Shown one piece after another: positions 28,389 to 38,862 of a stretch of 64,000 nucleotides of DNA; the first letter of the stretch is position 1, and each line of letters begins with the position of its first letter. The stretch is from positions 3,936,001 through 4,000,000 of the forward strand of contig OZ244799.1 in the NCBI GenBank assembly GCA_965219955.1, written 5' to 3'. Source of the DNA: a bacterium. GTDB taxonomy: Bacteria; UBA8248. The notes under the pieces are model-generated. The model was given only the letters and a program-made list of their open reading frames with translations. It was not told where the DNA came from and did no database searches. Made by a program: the position numbers and the translations under genes.

Positions 28389-30056
28389 TCAGGCCTGTTT
28401 CGGTAATTTTTTGAACGGCCTCACGTCGAGTTGACGGTGGAACCAGTATTCGTAACCCTCGATATGCTTTTGCATGGCGACATCGAGATAGGGCTGCCAT
28501 AGCGGGATGAGGGGAACGTCCTCAAAAGCGATTTTGATGAACGCCTTGACGCGCTCCGCGTAGCCGGGGCTGCCTACCGGCATGTGCAGGGTCTCGTCCA
28601 CGAGTTTGTTCAGCTTCGGGTTGTCGTAGTTCATCGAATTGAACAGGCGCTTGGGCTGGTAGGCCCAGAAGAAATAATACTCGGGATAATTCAGCCAGCC
28701 CCCGAAATTCTTGAGGTGCATCGGGAGCTTCTTCTCCACGAGCGCCTTCGTCCGCCAGCCCGAGCCGGGGATCTTGTCGAGCTTCGCTTCAATCCCCACC
28801 TTGCCGAGCCCCTCCTGGATGAGGAGCGCCGTCGGCTCCGTCCAGTAGGCGAGCCCGAGGTTGAACGACAGCGTGACCTTGAAGCCCTCCGCGTAGCCGG
28901 CCTCCTTGAGCAGAGCCTTCGCCTTGTCCTGGTTGGTGTCGTAGGGGAAGGGCTGGGGCCACAGCGTGCCGGCGGGATCGGCGGATTTCGCTCCCCAAAG
29001 CGGCAGGCCGCGCTCATAGGCCGCCGCCTTGAATATCTTCTCATAGGGCATGGCGTAGGCCATCGCCTGGCGGACCCGCACGTCGGCGAAGGGCTTGAAG
29101 TTCAGGTTGAGACCTACGGCGTGGATGCAGTTCTCGATGGGGACTCCCGCGATCTTGAGCTTCTTGTTGCTCGTGAGTTCCTTGGTGTCCTTCGGCGGGA
29201 GATCGAGAGAGACATCGGCGTCTCCCCGAAGCAGGAGAGCGCGGCGCGTGGAGGCGGACGCCACCTCGCGGACGATCACCCGCTTCACGCCGGGCAGGGG
29301 ACCCGACTTCCACTCATCGTTTCGAATGTAGACTGTCTGCTGGCCGGGCTTCCAACGCCCCAGTTTGAAGGCCCCGCCACCTTGCGGGTTTTTGTGCAGA
29401 TACCCGGTCGCCCACGGGTCGTTCTTCGTGGCTTTGGCCTTGGCGGCTACCGAATTGATGATGAGGGGCACGGGAACGCCCAGATCGGGCAGCGTGAGCT
29501 TGCTCTTGCGGATAAAGTTGATCTTGAAGGTTTGCTTATCCACGGCGACGAACTGCTCTGGTTTGACGAGCGAGCCCGCCTTCATCTGCACGGCCGGAAA
29601 ACCACCGAGCGAGACCGCGCGGTCGAAAGACCATTTCACGTCATGGGCGGTGACGGGTTTTCCGTCGTGGAACCTGGCGTCTTTGCGAATCTTGAAGGTG
29701 ACGGACATGCCGTCGGGCGCAAAGTTCCAGGACTCGGCCAGTTCCGGTTCGATCTTCTGATAGTCGTACATGACGTTGCCGTCGGGCAGCTTCTTGCGCC
29801 CGTAAGTCACGAGGCGGTCGTAGATGTTCACGGCGACCTGGTAGCTCGGCCGGTTGGTGCCCTTCCTGTGGATGTCCATGCTGTTGGGGCCGTTTCCGAT
29901 CACGACCACGAGCGTGTCGCGGCCGGCGGCAGCCTCGGCGGGCAGGTATTTCAGGAGCGGCAACAGCCCCGCCCCGGCGGCGGCGCCTGCGCCGATTTTC
30001 AGAAAATCACGGCGTTTGAACTGCTTGTTATCCGGTACGTCCCTGTTCATGCTCAT
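28389..30056 (-). CDS. family-5 ABC substrate-binding protein with Tat signal
   Basis: KRRDFLK; PELAESW and FHDGKPVTAHDVKWS. Confidence 0.93.
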   Translation of the reverse strand: MSMNRDVPDNKQFKRRDFLKIGAGAAAGAGLLPLLKYLPAEAAAGRDTLVVVIGNGPNSMDIHRKGTNRPSYQVAVNIYDRLVTYGRKKLPDGNVMYDYQKIEPELAESWNFAPDGMSVTFKIRKDARFHDGKPVTAHDVKWSFDRAVSLGGFPAVQMKAGSLVKPEQFVAVDKQTFKINFIRKSKLTLPDLGVPVPLIINSVAAKAKATKNDPWATGYLHKNPQGGGAFKLGRWKPGQQTVYIRNDEWKSGPLPGVKRVIVREVASASTRRALLLRGDADVSLDLPPKDTKELTSNKKLKIAGVPIENCIHAVGLNLNFKPFADVRVRQAMAYAMPYEKIFKAAAYERGLPLWGAKSADPAGTLWPQPFPYDTNQDKAKALLKEAGYAEGFKVTLSFNLGLAYWTEPTALLIQEGLGKVGIEAKLDKIPGSGWRTKALVEKKLPMHLKNFGGWLNYPEYYFFWAYQPKRLFNSMNYDNPKLNKLVDETLHMPVGSPGYAERVKAFIKIAFEDVPLIPLWQPYLDVAMQKHIEGYEYWFHRQLDVRPFKKLPKQA

Positions 30057-30602
30057 CTCCTTCGTTGTGCCCGGCGCTGCGGGCTCTGGGGAAAATAGTG
30101 ACCCATGCGGATGAAGATTCGAGCCGAATGAACGCTGCCGCCCCTTTGCTGCATTCAGCAGGATATGAACAACATGTGTCTTGCGAGTTTCGCGATCGTT
30201 AAATAGGGATTTCGGGATTGTTTCCCGGATGTTTCCGGGAGTTCATCGGATTGGAGAAATGCCGAAAGATAAAAAAGCCCGCCAAATGTGGAAATGAGCG
30301 TTCCGACCCGCGCCACGGAAGAGAGTCTGATCCGCGAAGAAGTCAGTACGATAATCCGGCAAGAACCCGCCGGGATTTGCGGGACCTTGAATTGGTACGC
30401 TTGCGTTTTATTTACATATTGCAGAAAGAGAATTTCAATAAACTACAAGAGTTTCATGACCTGCGGAAATAGCCTGGCGCATCTATATGGGCGGTTGGCG
30501 CTCTCACGATATTATTCGTTAAAGCTTCAGCGGAAATAAAACTTGAGCCCGATTGATGCACCCAAGGCCAAATCCCTTACCAAGTATATTTGGACCGGCC
30601 GT

Positions 30603-31844
30603 TTACGCTTTGCCTTCTAATTCGATGCGCCTGAAGTAGAAACTATCCTCGGCCGTCACGACCAGCCCCTCGGTGGAGGCATTGCGGATCGCCGTAACCT
30701 CGATCTGGTACTTCAAGCCGTATTGCGAGATTTTCCCCAAACCAGCTTCGACCGAGTTCCTGGCGGGGAACGGAAAGGCGAAGAAGTTCCTGTAAAGGGC
30801 GTTGTAGGCGTCATAGTCGCGGAAATCGGTCAGCGTCACCTGCGATTGCGCGACGTCCAACACCTCCATGTCGAACTCCTTCAAAAGATGTTCCACATTG
30901 GCAAGGACGTTTCGCGTCTGCTTCTGGATGTCACCGGGATCGCGCACGCCGCCTTCGTCATCCACGCTGAGGATACCGTTTGAGATCATCATCTCACCGG
31001 CCAAGACGCCTCGGGCGTTTCCGGGCCCCGTCCGGTACTCCTTCTCACCAAGGTATGCGGTCGCCTCTATCTTCACGTCGGCTTCGAGAATCGGCAATGA
31101 CGCCGTCACGATCGTCGTGACCGGTCCTGGTTCCGCAAATGCATCGGCGATTGCCGCTTCAACCGCCTCCACGTCTCTCATGTCACGGACGAACCCCCGC
31201 AGGCGGATGACGTCTCCGAGGGATCCGCCGTTTTCGGTCAATATGTCTCCAATACCCCCGACAATTGCCTCGGTCTGGGCCTTGGCATCGCCCGGCGAGA
31301 CGACCTCGCCCCTGGCGTCCAGCGGCAGCCGCGCACTCAGGCACAACAGGTCGCCCATCCTCCTGCCGGCGCAAGACGGCGCATACTCATGCGCCTGCTT
31401 CCCAGCGGGCTGGAGTGGTGTGGTTTCTACGGCGCCGGCAAACCCTTCGATTTCCATGATCATCGACGGCATATAGAGGCCGTAGCCGGTGAGCGTGTCA
31501 GCCGGTTCAGCCGGGATGCGATACTTCTCGTACGCTTTGATGAATGGCCCGATCTCTTTCCAGCCTTCCAGGAACAGATTCAGGCGAAGAACATCACTCC
31601 ACTTGCCACCGGCGATCTCGACGGCGAGTTTCAGGGACTCGATGGCCTCGCGCGTCTGGGCTTCCATATCGGCACGACCGGGCGTTTCTCCGGCCATTCG
31701 GCCATTCGGGATGCCATCGACCATCAACGCTTCGGTCGTGATGCCCGGCATCCCGCCAAGAAAGATGTAATCCCCCGCCCGGAACGCGTAACAGTACGGT
31801 CCTGATGGCGGTGGCAGTCTCGGGTCTTGTATTGTTCTGGGCAT
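30603..31844 (-). CDS. protein with three tandem RidA/YjgF domains
   Basis: Three ~130-aa units, each with GD...QT...DV and (I/K)IE(G/A/V)xA. Confidence 0.8.
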   Translation of the reverse strand: MPRTIQDPRLPPPSGPYCYAFRAGDYIFLGGMPGITTEALMVDGIPNGRMAGETPGRADMEAQTREAIESLKLAVEIAGGKWSDVLRLNLFLEGWKEIGPFIKAYEKYRIPAEPADTLTGYGLYMPSMIMEIEGFAGAVETTPLQPAGKQAHEYAPSCAGRRMGDLLCLSARLPLDARGEVVSPGDAKAQTEAIVGGIGDILTENGGSLGDVIRLRGFVRDMRDVEAVEAAIADAFAEPGPVTTIVTASLPILEADVKIEATAYLGEKEYRTGPGNARGVLAGEMMISNGILSVDDEGGVRDPGDIQKQTRNVLANVEHLLKEFDMEVLDVAQSQVTLTDFRDYDAYNALYRNFFAFPFPARNSVEAGLGKISQYGLKYQIEVTAIRNASTEGLVVTAEDSFYFRRIELEGKA

Positions 31845-31902
31845 ATTAGAATTCTCCTATCTTGAAACTCGTGATGACCGGTTGTCACGCGGTTGCAAAA
31901 AC

Positions 31903-32607
31903 TTAACCCCCCAGATAGTGGCTTATCAGGTCACCGTCCCCGATAAGACTGGCGGTGGGCCCGGCCATGGAGATCTTACCGTCGCGCAATATGTACCCGA
32001 AGTCAGCGACCGAGAGCGCCAGGTGGACATTTTGCTCGACCAGAAGAATCGTCATTCCGGCTTCCTTCAGTTTCTTGATGATTTCCCCCAGGCGCTCGAC
32101 GAGTATCGGCGCAAGACCCGACGAAGGTTCATCGAGCAACAGAAGCTTCGGCCGCGAAATCAGGCCGCGCCCGAACGCGACGAGCTGCTGTTGTCCGACA
32201 CTGAGCGTATTACCCTTACGGTTCAACCATTGTCGAATTTCAGGAAACCGTTCGTAGATTGACTCGAAATCATCTTTCGATTTCTCCTGGCGCCGTCGCG
32301 CGAAGGCGCCAAGCCTCAGGTTCTCCATAACCGTCAGCGGCGCGAAGATGCGGCGACCCTGCGGCACAAGAGAAATGCCCATTGGAACGATTTCACGGGG
32401 TTCCATACCGCAGATTTCCCTATCCTCGAATCGAATGCTGCCGGCGCTCGCCTTCACGGCGCCGACGATCGTTTTCAACGTCGTCGATTTTCCCGAGCCG
32501 TTGCCGCCAAGCAGGGTAATGACCTTGCCGGCGGGAACGTCGAGCGAGACACCGCTCAATACCTGTACGGGGCCATATGCGGCCCAGATATTGTCAAGAG
32601 TCAACAT
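31903..32607 (-). CDS. branched-chain amino acid-type ABC ATPase (LivF-like)
   Basis: GGNGSGKST, VPQGRRIF and LLVEQN. Confidence 0.92.
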   Translation of the reverse strand: MLTLDNIWAAYGPVQVLSGVSLDVPAGKVITLLGGNGSGKSTTLKTIVGAVKASAGSIRFEDREICGMEPREIVPMGISLVPQGRRIFAPLTVMENLRLGAFARRRQEKSKDDFESIYERFPEIRQWLNRKGNTLSVGQQQLVAFGRGLISRPKLLLLDEPSSGLAPILVERLGEIIKKLKEAGMTILLVEQNVHLALSVADFGYILRDGKISMAGPTASLIGDGDLISHYLGG

Positions 32608-33373
32608 ATTTCATCGCCTTGCCCAGGTAGGCCTCGATTACATTCGGGTCCCTGCGTACGACCTCGGGTGTCCCCTCGGCGATCTTCTCGCCGTGGTCGA
32701 GAACCGTGATCCGATCGGAAATGCTCATCACCAGGCGGATGACATGCTCAATCAGCAATATGCTCGTCTTGCCGCGAGATCGCAGGTTGTCCAGGATTTC
32801 GGTGAGCCGCTCGTACATCACCGGACTCAATCCCGCGGCCGGCTCGTCCAACAGGACGAGCAGCGGATCGGAGACCAGTGCGCGCGCGAGTTCCAACATG
32901 CGTTGTTGCCCAAACGACATCCGGTTCGCCGGACGGTTGGCAAGATGAGCGAGCCGCACGGATTCAAGCGCCTCATACGCCCTGTCCCTGATCTCCGAAT
33001 CTTCCCGCACGACCCGAGGCGGGCGAACGACCCCGCCGATAACACCGCTTCGGCTCTTGCCATGATAGCCGACCATGACGTTCTCAAGCCCCGTCATCTC
33101 CGAAAACACCTGCAGGTCTTGAAAGGTGCGCGAAATACCAAGGCCGGCCATGCTGTATGCCCTGGTCGAACTGATGTTCTGACCGTTAAAGACGACCTCT
33201 CCCGTTTTTTGATGCAGAAACCCCGTTATCGCGTTGCAAAGCGTCGTCTTCCCAGATCCGTTCGGACCAATCAGCCCATGGATCTCACCAATGCCGATCT
33301 CGAGCGATACGCTCGAGAGAGCCGTAAGCGCCCCATAATTTACGGTCAGATCATCCACTTTAAGAATCGACAT
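32594..33373 (-). CDS. branched-chain amino acid-type ABC ATPase (LivG-like)
   Basis: GPNGSGKTT, RTFQ, DEPAAGL and VIEAYLG. Confidence 0.92.
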   Translation of the reverse strand: MSILKVDDLTVNYGALTALSSVSLEIGIGEIHGLIGPNGSGKTTLCNAITGFLHQKTGEVVFNGQNISSTRAYSMAGLGISRTFQDLQVFSEMTGLENVMVGYHGKSRSGVIGGVVRPPRVVREDSEIRDRAYEALESVRLAHLANRPANRMSFGQQRMLELARALVSDPLLVLLDEPAAGLSPVMYERLTEILDNLRSRGKTSILLIEHVIRLVMSISDRITVLDHGEKIAEGTPEVVRRDPNVIEAYLGKAMKYVDS

Positions 33374-35318
33374 TGGTTTTCACCGGATTGGCAGCCAGGA
33401 TTTCGTTATGCTCCGAGTTGATGACAGAGACTTCGGAAGTTTCTTCCTTGCGTCTGAATGTGGATAGCAACCGGTGGACGAGGTCAGCCAGTCCCCCCGG
33501 CAAGAACATCATGAACGCGACCAGAAGCAACCCGAAGATCAGGATTCTATACTCCGCAAGCCAGCGCAGCATTTCCGGAACCCCAAGGACGAAGAACGCG
33601 CCGATAACGGCGCCGGCAAAGCTGCCGAGACCACCGAGCACGATCATCGTCAGGAATGCGATCGACTGCAGGATCGTGAAGGAATCCGGACTGATATAGG
33701 AGAAGAAGTGGGCATACAGTGAACCTGCTGTCCCGGCGCAACCGGCGCCGATACAGAAGGAGAGTGTCCGGTACCAGGCGACATTCACTCCCATGGCGAC
33801 CGCAGCCAGCTCGTTCTCGCGTGCTGCGATCAAGCCACGGCCGTAACGTGACCCTATCAGACGCTGTAGCGCCACGAAGACGATTACCAGGACGGCTATC
33901 GTCAAAAAATAAAAGGGTGCGCCTTCCTCGAACACAAAGGAACCGATGGACGGTTTTCGAATGCCGCTGATGCCCGACATCCCGTTTGTAACTTCCTTCC
34001 AGTTGATGAACGTGAGATGCATAATTTCGCCGAAGCCCAGGGTTGCGATGGCGCAGAAATGGGTCGGCAGCCTCAAAATCGGCCCGAACAGCAATCCGAA
34101 TACCCCGGCGACAATCGCCGCCGCAATGATTGCGAGCAGGAATGGAACGCCAAAATATACGGTCAGGATCGCCGAAGTGTAGGCGCCGATTCCCAGAAAC
34201 GCCGCATGACCGACGATGATGGCGCCGGCGTATCCGATTACGAGCTGGAGTCCGAGGGCGCCCGTGGCGTAGATCAGGATGAGCGTGACGAGGTAGAGCT
34301 CATAAGTATCGAGGAGCGACGGCAGCAGCAAGGCCATGACGCCGAGTGCGGCGATCATGCCGTACCTGAGATGGACGGCCTGCTTTTCGTTCAGCTCAAA
34401 CAAGTCCGCTATCGTTTGCCGTCTGTACCTGAACACCAGGCTCCCGCCGCGCGGCATTCGAGGGATCGCTACGAGCATCAGCACGATGATGGTGATCCCG
34501 AAGGCAATCCCGTTCTTGTAGGCGGATGAAATGTAACCCGCGGCGAAAGTTTCCATCAGGCCTAGAATGGGACCTCCAATCATCGTACCGAGTATATGAA
34601 ACTGTCCAAGCGCCGCACCGGCGAATGCCCGGGGTCCCTGCAGCCAAAGATCCTGCGCGACAAAAAACAATGGTGCGATAAGGACGCCGGCGGCGCCCGC
34701 CAGCATGGAACTGATGCCAAAAGTCATGGTGACGACCCGGTCGAAACTTACACCCATAATTTCCGCTGTATAAGAATCGTATGCCGACGCCCGCCATGCG
34801 ATGCCGAGAAGTGTTCGCTGAAAGAAGTAATGCAGGCCGAGCATGGAAAGGATGGCGAGAGCGATAATCCAGATATGCTGAACGCTCATCGGCAGACCGG
34901 CCACGACAAGATGGCCGACTTGACCAACGGATACCGGGTAACGCAGCGGCGCGGCGCCCCAAATCAGCTGAGAGACCAGCCGAAGGCATATCCCGATACC
35001 AACCGTTGCGATGATCAAATTCAAGAGCGGCGATTGCCGAAGTCGAATCGGGCGCAGGGCTACCCGCTCGATCAGCATGCCGAGGATGCCGGTCAAGATA
35101 CTCGCTATAACGAATACGGCCAGATACGGCAGCGGTGTCGCCACCAGGAGGGTATATCCGATGAAAGCGCCCGACATCACCAGTTCGCCCTGTGCGAAGT
35201 TGACGAGCTCGGTGGCCCGCAACATCATCGTGAAGCCAAGAGCGATCAGGGCGTAGACGCAACCGACCGCCAGCCCGCCGACAACCTGCTGCGTGACGAT
35301 ATGTAAATCTATCCCCAT
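33360..35318 (-). CDS. fused LivH-LivM type ABC permease
   Basis: N-half YALIALG..VNFAQGE; C-half GHAAFLGIGAY, ATLGFGEI and VLGGLGS. Confidence 0.88.
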   Translation of the reverse strand: MGIDLHIVTQQVVGGLAVGCVYALIALGFTMMLRATELVNFAQGELVMSGAFIGYTLLVATPLPYLAVFVIASILTGILGMLIERVALRPIRLRQSPLLNLIIATVGIGICLRLVSQLIWGAAPLRYPVSVGQVGHLVVAGLPMSVQHIWIIALAILSMLGLHYFFQRTLLGIAWRASAYDSYTAEIMGVSFDRVVTMTFGISSMLAGAAGVLIAPLFFVAQDLWLQGPRAFAGAALGQFHILGTMIGGPILGLMETFAAGYISSAYKNGIAFGITIIVLMLVAIPRMPRGGSLVFRYRRQTIADLFELNEKQAVHLRYGMIAALGVMALLLPSLLDTYELYLVTLILIYATGALGLQLVIGYAGAIIVGHAAFLGIGAYTSAILTVYFGVPFLLAIIAAAIVAGVFGLLFGPILRLPTHFCAIATLGFGEIMHLTFINWKEVTNGMSGISGIRKPSIGSFVFEEGAPFYFLTIAVLVIVFVALQRLIGSRYGRGLIAARENELAAVAMGVNVAWYRTLSFCIGAGCAGTAGSLYAHFFSYISPDSFTILQSIAFLTMIVLGGLGSFAGAVIGAFFVLGVPEMLRWLAEYRILIFGLLLVAFMMFLPGGLADLVHRLLSTFRRKEETSEVSVINSEHNEILAANPVKTNVDS

Positions 35319-35719
35319 TTCACCGTTCCGCGTCGTTCGTATCGATCCCGCTTTACCCGGGTAAACTTCCATTCCCTGGTGGTCATACCTGAATTTCACT
35401 ACCGCAGGGATGGCGTCTCCGCCGCGGGCATCCGACTGTTTGGTTTCGGTGATCCGGCCGTGTTACGAAGACCATTCGGCCGGTTTTCTCCTCACCCGAA
35501 CATCTCTTGCGTCGTTTTGCCTCGCCGCAGATTTCCTTGCCTACGCCGCGGCGGGTTTTCATCGCAGGTTATCAATCAAGACAGAGATGTTTGGGAACAG
35601 GTTGCCAGGCACGGAACCTCGGCCCTTTGGGACGCAACGCATCACCCCTGATGGACAGCCTCCTCACCCATATCCAGGCGATGAAGCCATCAACCCTCAA
35701 GTCGACGGCCCGAAAACCA

Positions 35720-35759
35720 CTCACGGCAGTCCGGTTGCCTGCAACCGGACTGCCGTGAG
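35720..35759. terminator. perfect 19-bp stem-loop downstream of the binding-protein gene
   Basis: CTCACGGCAGTCCGGTTGC-CT-GCAACCGGACTGCCGTGAG; no U tract. Confidence 0.55.
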
Positions 35760-35772
35760 CTGCAATTAGACG

Positions 35773-36957
35773 CTATCGACCGAGAGATCGCCAAAACTCT
35801 CCGTCGGCATGTTTGCTGTCGACAATTTCCCCGATGATCGGAGCCCAGTCGCCGTCTCCGTTTTTAGCAAAATAGACGTTGCCCAGGATGCCGCTGTAGC
35901 TGTTCTTCGCGCTGGTGAGATTGCGCGTAAACGCGCCTATCTGTTTGCTGTCGGGGACGTAGCCGTTGGCCTTGACAGCCTCGAAAACGATGCCCACCGC
36001 GTCATAGAACTCGCCGGCCCAGGGGTCGGGACGTTCATTGAATTTCGCTATGTATGCCTTCATGAAGGGCGCCAGACGTTTGTCGGCGCTTACGGGAATG
36101 AAGGTCGTGGCGAACACCAATCCCTCTACATGCTTGCCGCCGAGTTCCACGAACTTCGGATTCCCGCCAATCGTATCGCCACCGAGAAGCCGAACCTTCA
36201 TGCCGAGCTCTTTCACCTGGCGGGCAATGATGGCCTGCTCCTGGAATCCCGTCGCCATGATGACTCCATCGGCGCCCGCGGCCTTGATGCGGCCGAGTTG
36301 GCCTGTGAAGTCCTTGTCGCCACGCGCGTATTCCTCTTTCGCCGCGGGCTTGAGCCCAAGCGTTTTCAATACAGCGACGGTGCTGGCGGAGAAGGATTTT
36401 CCGACCTCCTCATTGGACGAGAGGATGGCGATCTTTTTCAGACCAAGATTCTTAACGGCGTAATTGACGGTTGCGATATTCAGGCCCTTGGTCGGAATGG
36501 CAACCCGGAATATCCACTTGGAACCCTGCTGGGTGATAGGCCCCGCAACACTCGTTGTGTATTGCGGAATTTTCGCCGCTGCGGTGATCGGAACGATGGC
36601 GAGCGTACAAGTGCTTTGCCATGCTCCGAGGAGCGCATGAATCTTGTCGCGCGTGATGAGCTTGCGTGCAGCCGATACCGAGACGTCACATTTGGATTCA
36701 TCATCCTCGGCGATGATCTCGATCTTGACCTTGTCCTGCATCTTGTTCAGCTCTTCGGCCTTCAGCTGAGCCCCCTTGAGCTGGAATTGACCACCGAACG
36801 CAAGATCGCCGGTAAGAGGACCGAGCACGCCCAGCCGCAATACTTTCGCCGCCTCGGCATGACCGCCGAAGGGCGCGACGACTATGGTTGCCAGAGTGAA
36901 TGCAAGAACTGTTGCGGAAATTTGAAACCGACGCCTGATAGAGATTGTGTAGCGCAT
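35773..36957 (-). CDS. LivJ/K-type ABC substrate-binding protein
   Basis: Signal peptide; LGVLGPLTG, EDDES and DFTGQLGRIK. Confidence 0.92.
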   Translation of the reverse strand: MRYTISIRRRFQISATVLAFTLATIVVAPFGGHAEAAKVLRLGVLGPLTGDLAFGGQFQLKGAQLKAEELNKMQDKVKIEIIAEDDESKCDVSVSAARKLITRDKIHALLGAWQSTCTLAIVPITAAAKIPQYTTSVAGPITQQGSKWIFRVAIPTKGLNIATVNYAVKNLGLKKIAILSSNEEVGKSFSASTVAVLKTLGLKPAAKEEYARGDKDFTGQLGRIKAAGADGVIMATGFQEQAIIARQVKELGMKVRLLGGDTIGGNPKFVELGGKHVEGLVFATTFIPVSADKRLAPFMKAYIAKFNERPDPWAGEFYDAVGIVFEAVKANGYVPDSKQIGAFTRNLTSAKNSYSGILGNVYFAKNGDGDWAPIIGEIVDSKHADGEFWRSLGR

Positions 36958-37230
36958 CTTGAACCTCCTTTTAAAAAGAGATTGACTAGCGCGTATAAAA
37001 CCTCGGTATTTCTATATGATGGCGTGAATGATTTGATGGCAATTGATATCTTAAATGTATCAGATGAGCATGCAGGTGTCTACGAGTAAAATCCGGACGC
37101 TTTTAATCGTCCGGGGAGGGATTGCAGACGCTAAGCAAAAAAGCAATCCAAAACGCTCATCCCGGCGTTCTTTCCAGGTCGCTGCGCGAACTGGATGCTG
37201 CAGGCTCAAAAGTTCCGCACTCCGGCGCCG

Positions 37231-38175
37231 TCACCCCGAAAGGGACTGGTAGGTCTTCATCACGGCGTAGCTGTGAAGGTCCTGGAAGAAGTCGAACCGC
37301 GGGTGATCCTCGGGCGGGGCGTAGGGCCTGTCGAGGTCGAGCGGGATTCGCTCCATCGCCTCTGCGAGCGTCCATCCGGCGCTGACGGCTCCCCGCACGG
37401 CCTGGGTCACGTCGCTCAGGTATTGCATGTACCCGCCCAGGAGTTCCGGCCCCGACATGGGGTTGTGGGCGGGTATGAGGGTTTCGACCTCGAGCGTCTG
37501 GGCGAGGCGCGCGATCGAGTTCATGTAGGTCGGCGCGTCGCTCTCCAGGGGGATGATGAGGTTTCCGCCCGTCATGTTGCCCGTCCAGGCGACCTTCGCC
37601 TCGGGAACATAGGTAATGGTGTCGCCGGGGGTGTTCGCCGGGCCGAAATAGTGCAGTTCCACCACCTTCCCGCCCAGGTCGATCCGCAGGTAGTCGTCGA
37701 AGACGACGTCGGGGCGGCGCAGTTCCACCTTCTCTAAAATCTTCGGGTCGTTCCCCACGCAGGGCAGCATGAAGCGCCGCTCTTCCTCGTGACAGGGAAC
37801 GAGGGCCGCCGTCCGGCGGTGCTGGATAATCACCGTCTCGGCCGGAAACGCGCAGTTCCCAAAGGTGTGGTCCCCGTGGTAGTTGGAGTTGACGAGGTAG
37901 CGGATGGGCTTGTCGGTCACTTCGCGCACCCGCTCCTGAATCTGCCGCGCCATGGCCGGGTTGATGTGGGCGTCGACCACCAGCACGTCTCTATCGCCCA
38001 CGACGAAACCGGCGTTGTCCACGTTGGGGATGGAGGATAGAAGCGCGTACACCCCCGGAGAGAGTTCCTTCGCGTCCAGCCGCGCCCCCGTCGGGTCGAG
38101 GAAGAAGGGGGTGAACCCCTCCGGAAAATCCGCCCAGTCCAGAGGTTTCCAAGCATCTTTCGCAGAAGCGTTCAT
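37231..38175 (-). CDS. MBL-fold metallo-hydrolase (cyclase-like subgroup)
   Basis: NAGFVVG, NSNYHGDHTFGN and IPAH; several metal ligands are replaced by Asn. Confidence 0.85.
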   Translation of the reverse strand: MNASAKDAWKPLDWADFPEGFTPFFLDPTGARLDAKELSPGVYALLSSIPNVDNAGFVVGDRDVLVVDAHINPAMARQIQERVREVTDKPIRYLVNSNYHGDHTFGNCAFPAETVIIQHRRTAALVPCHEEERRFMLPCVGNDPKILEKVELRRPDVVFDDYLRIDLGGKVVELHYFGPANTPGDTITYVPEAKVAWTGNMTGGNLIIPLESDAPTYMNSIARLAQTLEVETLIPAHNPMSGPELLGGYMQYLSDVTQAVRGAVSAGWTLAEAMERIPLDLDRPYAPPEDHPRFDFFQDLHSYAVMKTYQSLSG

Positions 38176-38389
38176 CCCGGACTCCTTTCGGCTATCGGCT
38201 GGTGTGCGCGCCTCACCACTGTAACCGAACGAAAAATAATTGCAAAAGGCCTGACATCAACTCTTTCCAGGCCGTTCGCAATGATTCTTGTCACTTCAGG
38301 GTGGGTGTTTCCGGGTGAGCAGGAGCGTCCGCGAGATAGTTCCTTCCCGCGAGCCGGTTCTGTTTCACCTTGACAGTATGTTGCATTTT

Positions 38390-38420
38390 TTGCAGGTTGT
38401 ATGCTGTTTTCGTATACAAG
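38390..38420 (+). promoter_or_regulatory. candidate promoter and operator of the hcm operon
   Basis: TTGCAG-17-TATACA overlapped by the inverted repeat TTGTAT-N11-ATACAA. Confidence 0.4.
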
Positions 38421-38444
38421 TGAGAGACCGATGAGGAACCCCTC

Positions 38445-38852
38445 ATGAGTCAACCAATTCGCGTCCTGCTGGCGAAGGTGGGTCTCGACGGTCACGACCG
38501 GGGCGTCAAAATCGTCGCCCGCGCCCTGCGGGACGCCGGCATGGACGTGATCTACACCGGCCTGCACCGCTCGCCGGAAGAGGTGGTGACCGCCGCCGTA
38601 CAGGAAGACGTCGACGTGCTGGGCGTCAGTCTCCTCTCCGGCGTGCAGATGACGGTGTTCCCCAAGATATTCGACCTGCTCCGCACCAGCGGCGCCGACG
38701 ACATGATCGTCGTGGCCGGCGGCGTCATGCCGGACGAAGACGTGGTCCAGCTCAAGAAGATGGGGGTAAGCAAGGTGCTGCTGCAGGATACGCCGCCGCA
38801 AACGATTATCGATACGCTGACCCGTCTCGTGGAGGAGCGCGGCGCGCGCTGA
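38445..38852 (+). CDS. hcmB: 2-hydroxyisobutyryl-CoA mutase small (B12-binding) subunit
   Basis: KVGLDGHDRG, SLLSG and VAGG; LLQDTPPQ C-terminus as I recall for HcmB. Confidence 0.85.
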   Translation: MSQPIRVLLAKVGLDGHDRGVKIVARALRDAGMDVIYTGLHRSPEEVVTAAVQEDVDVLGVSLLSGVQMTVFPKIFDLLRTSGADDMIVVAGGVMPDEDVVQLKKMGVSKVLLQDTPPQTIIDTLTRLVEERGAR

Positions 38853-38862
38853 GCCGACACCC

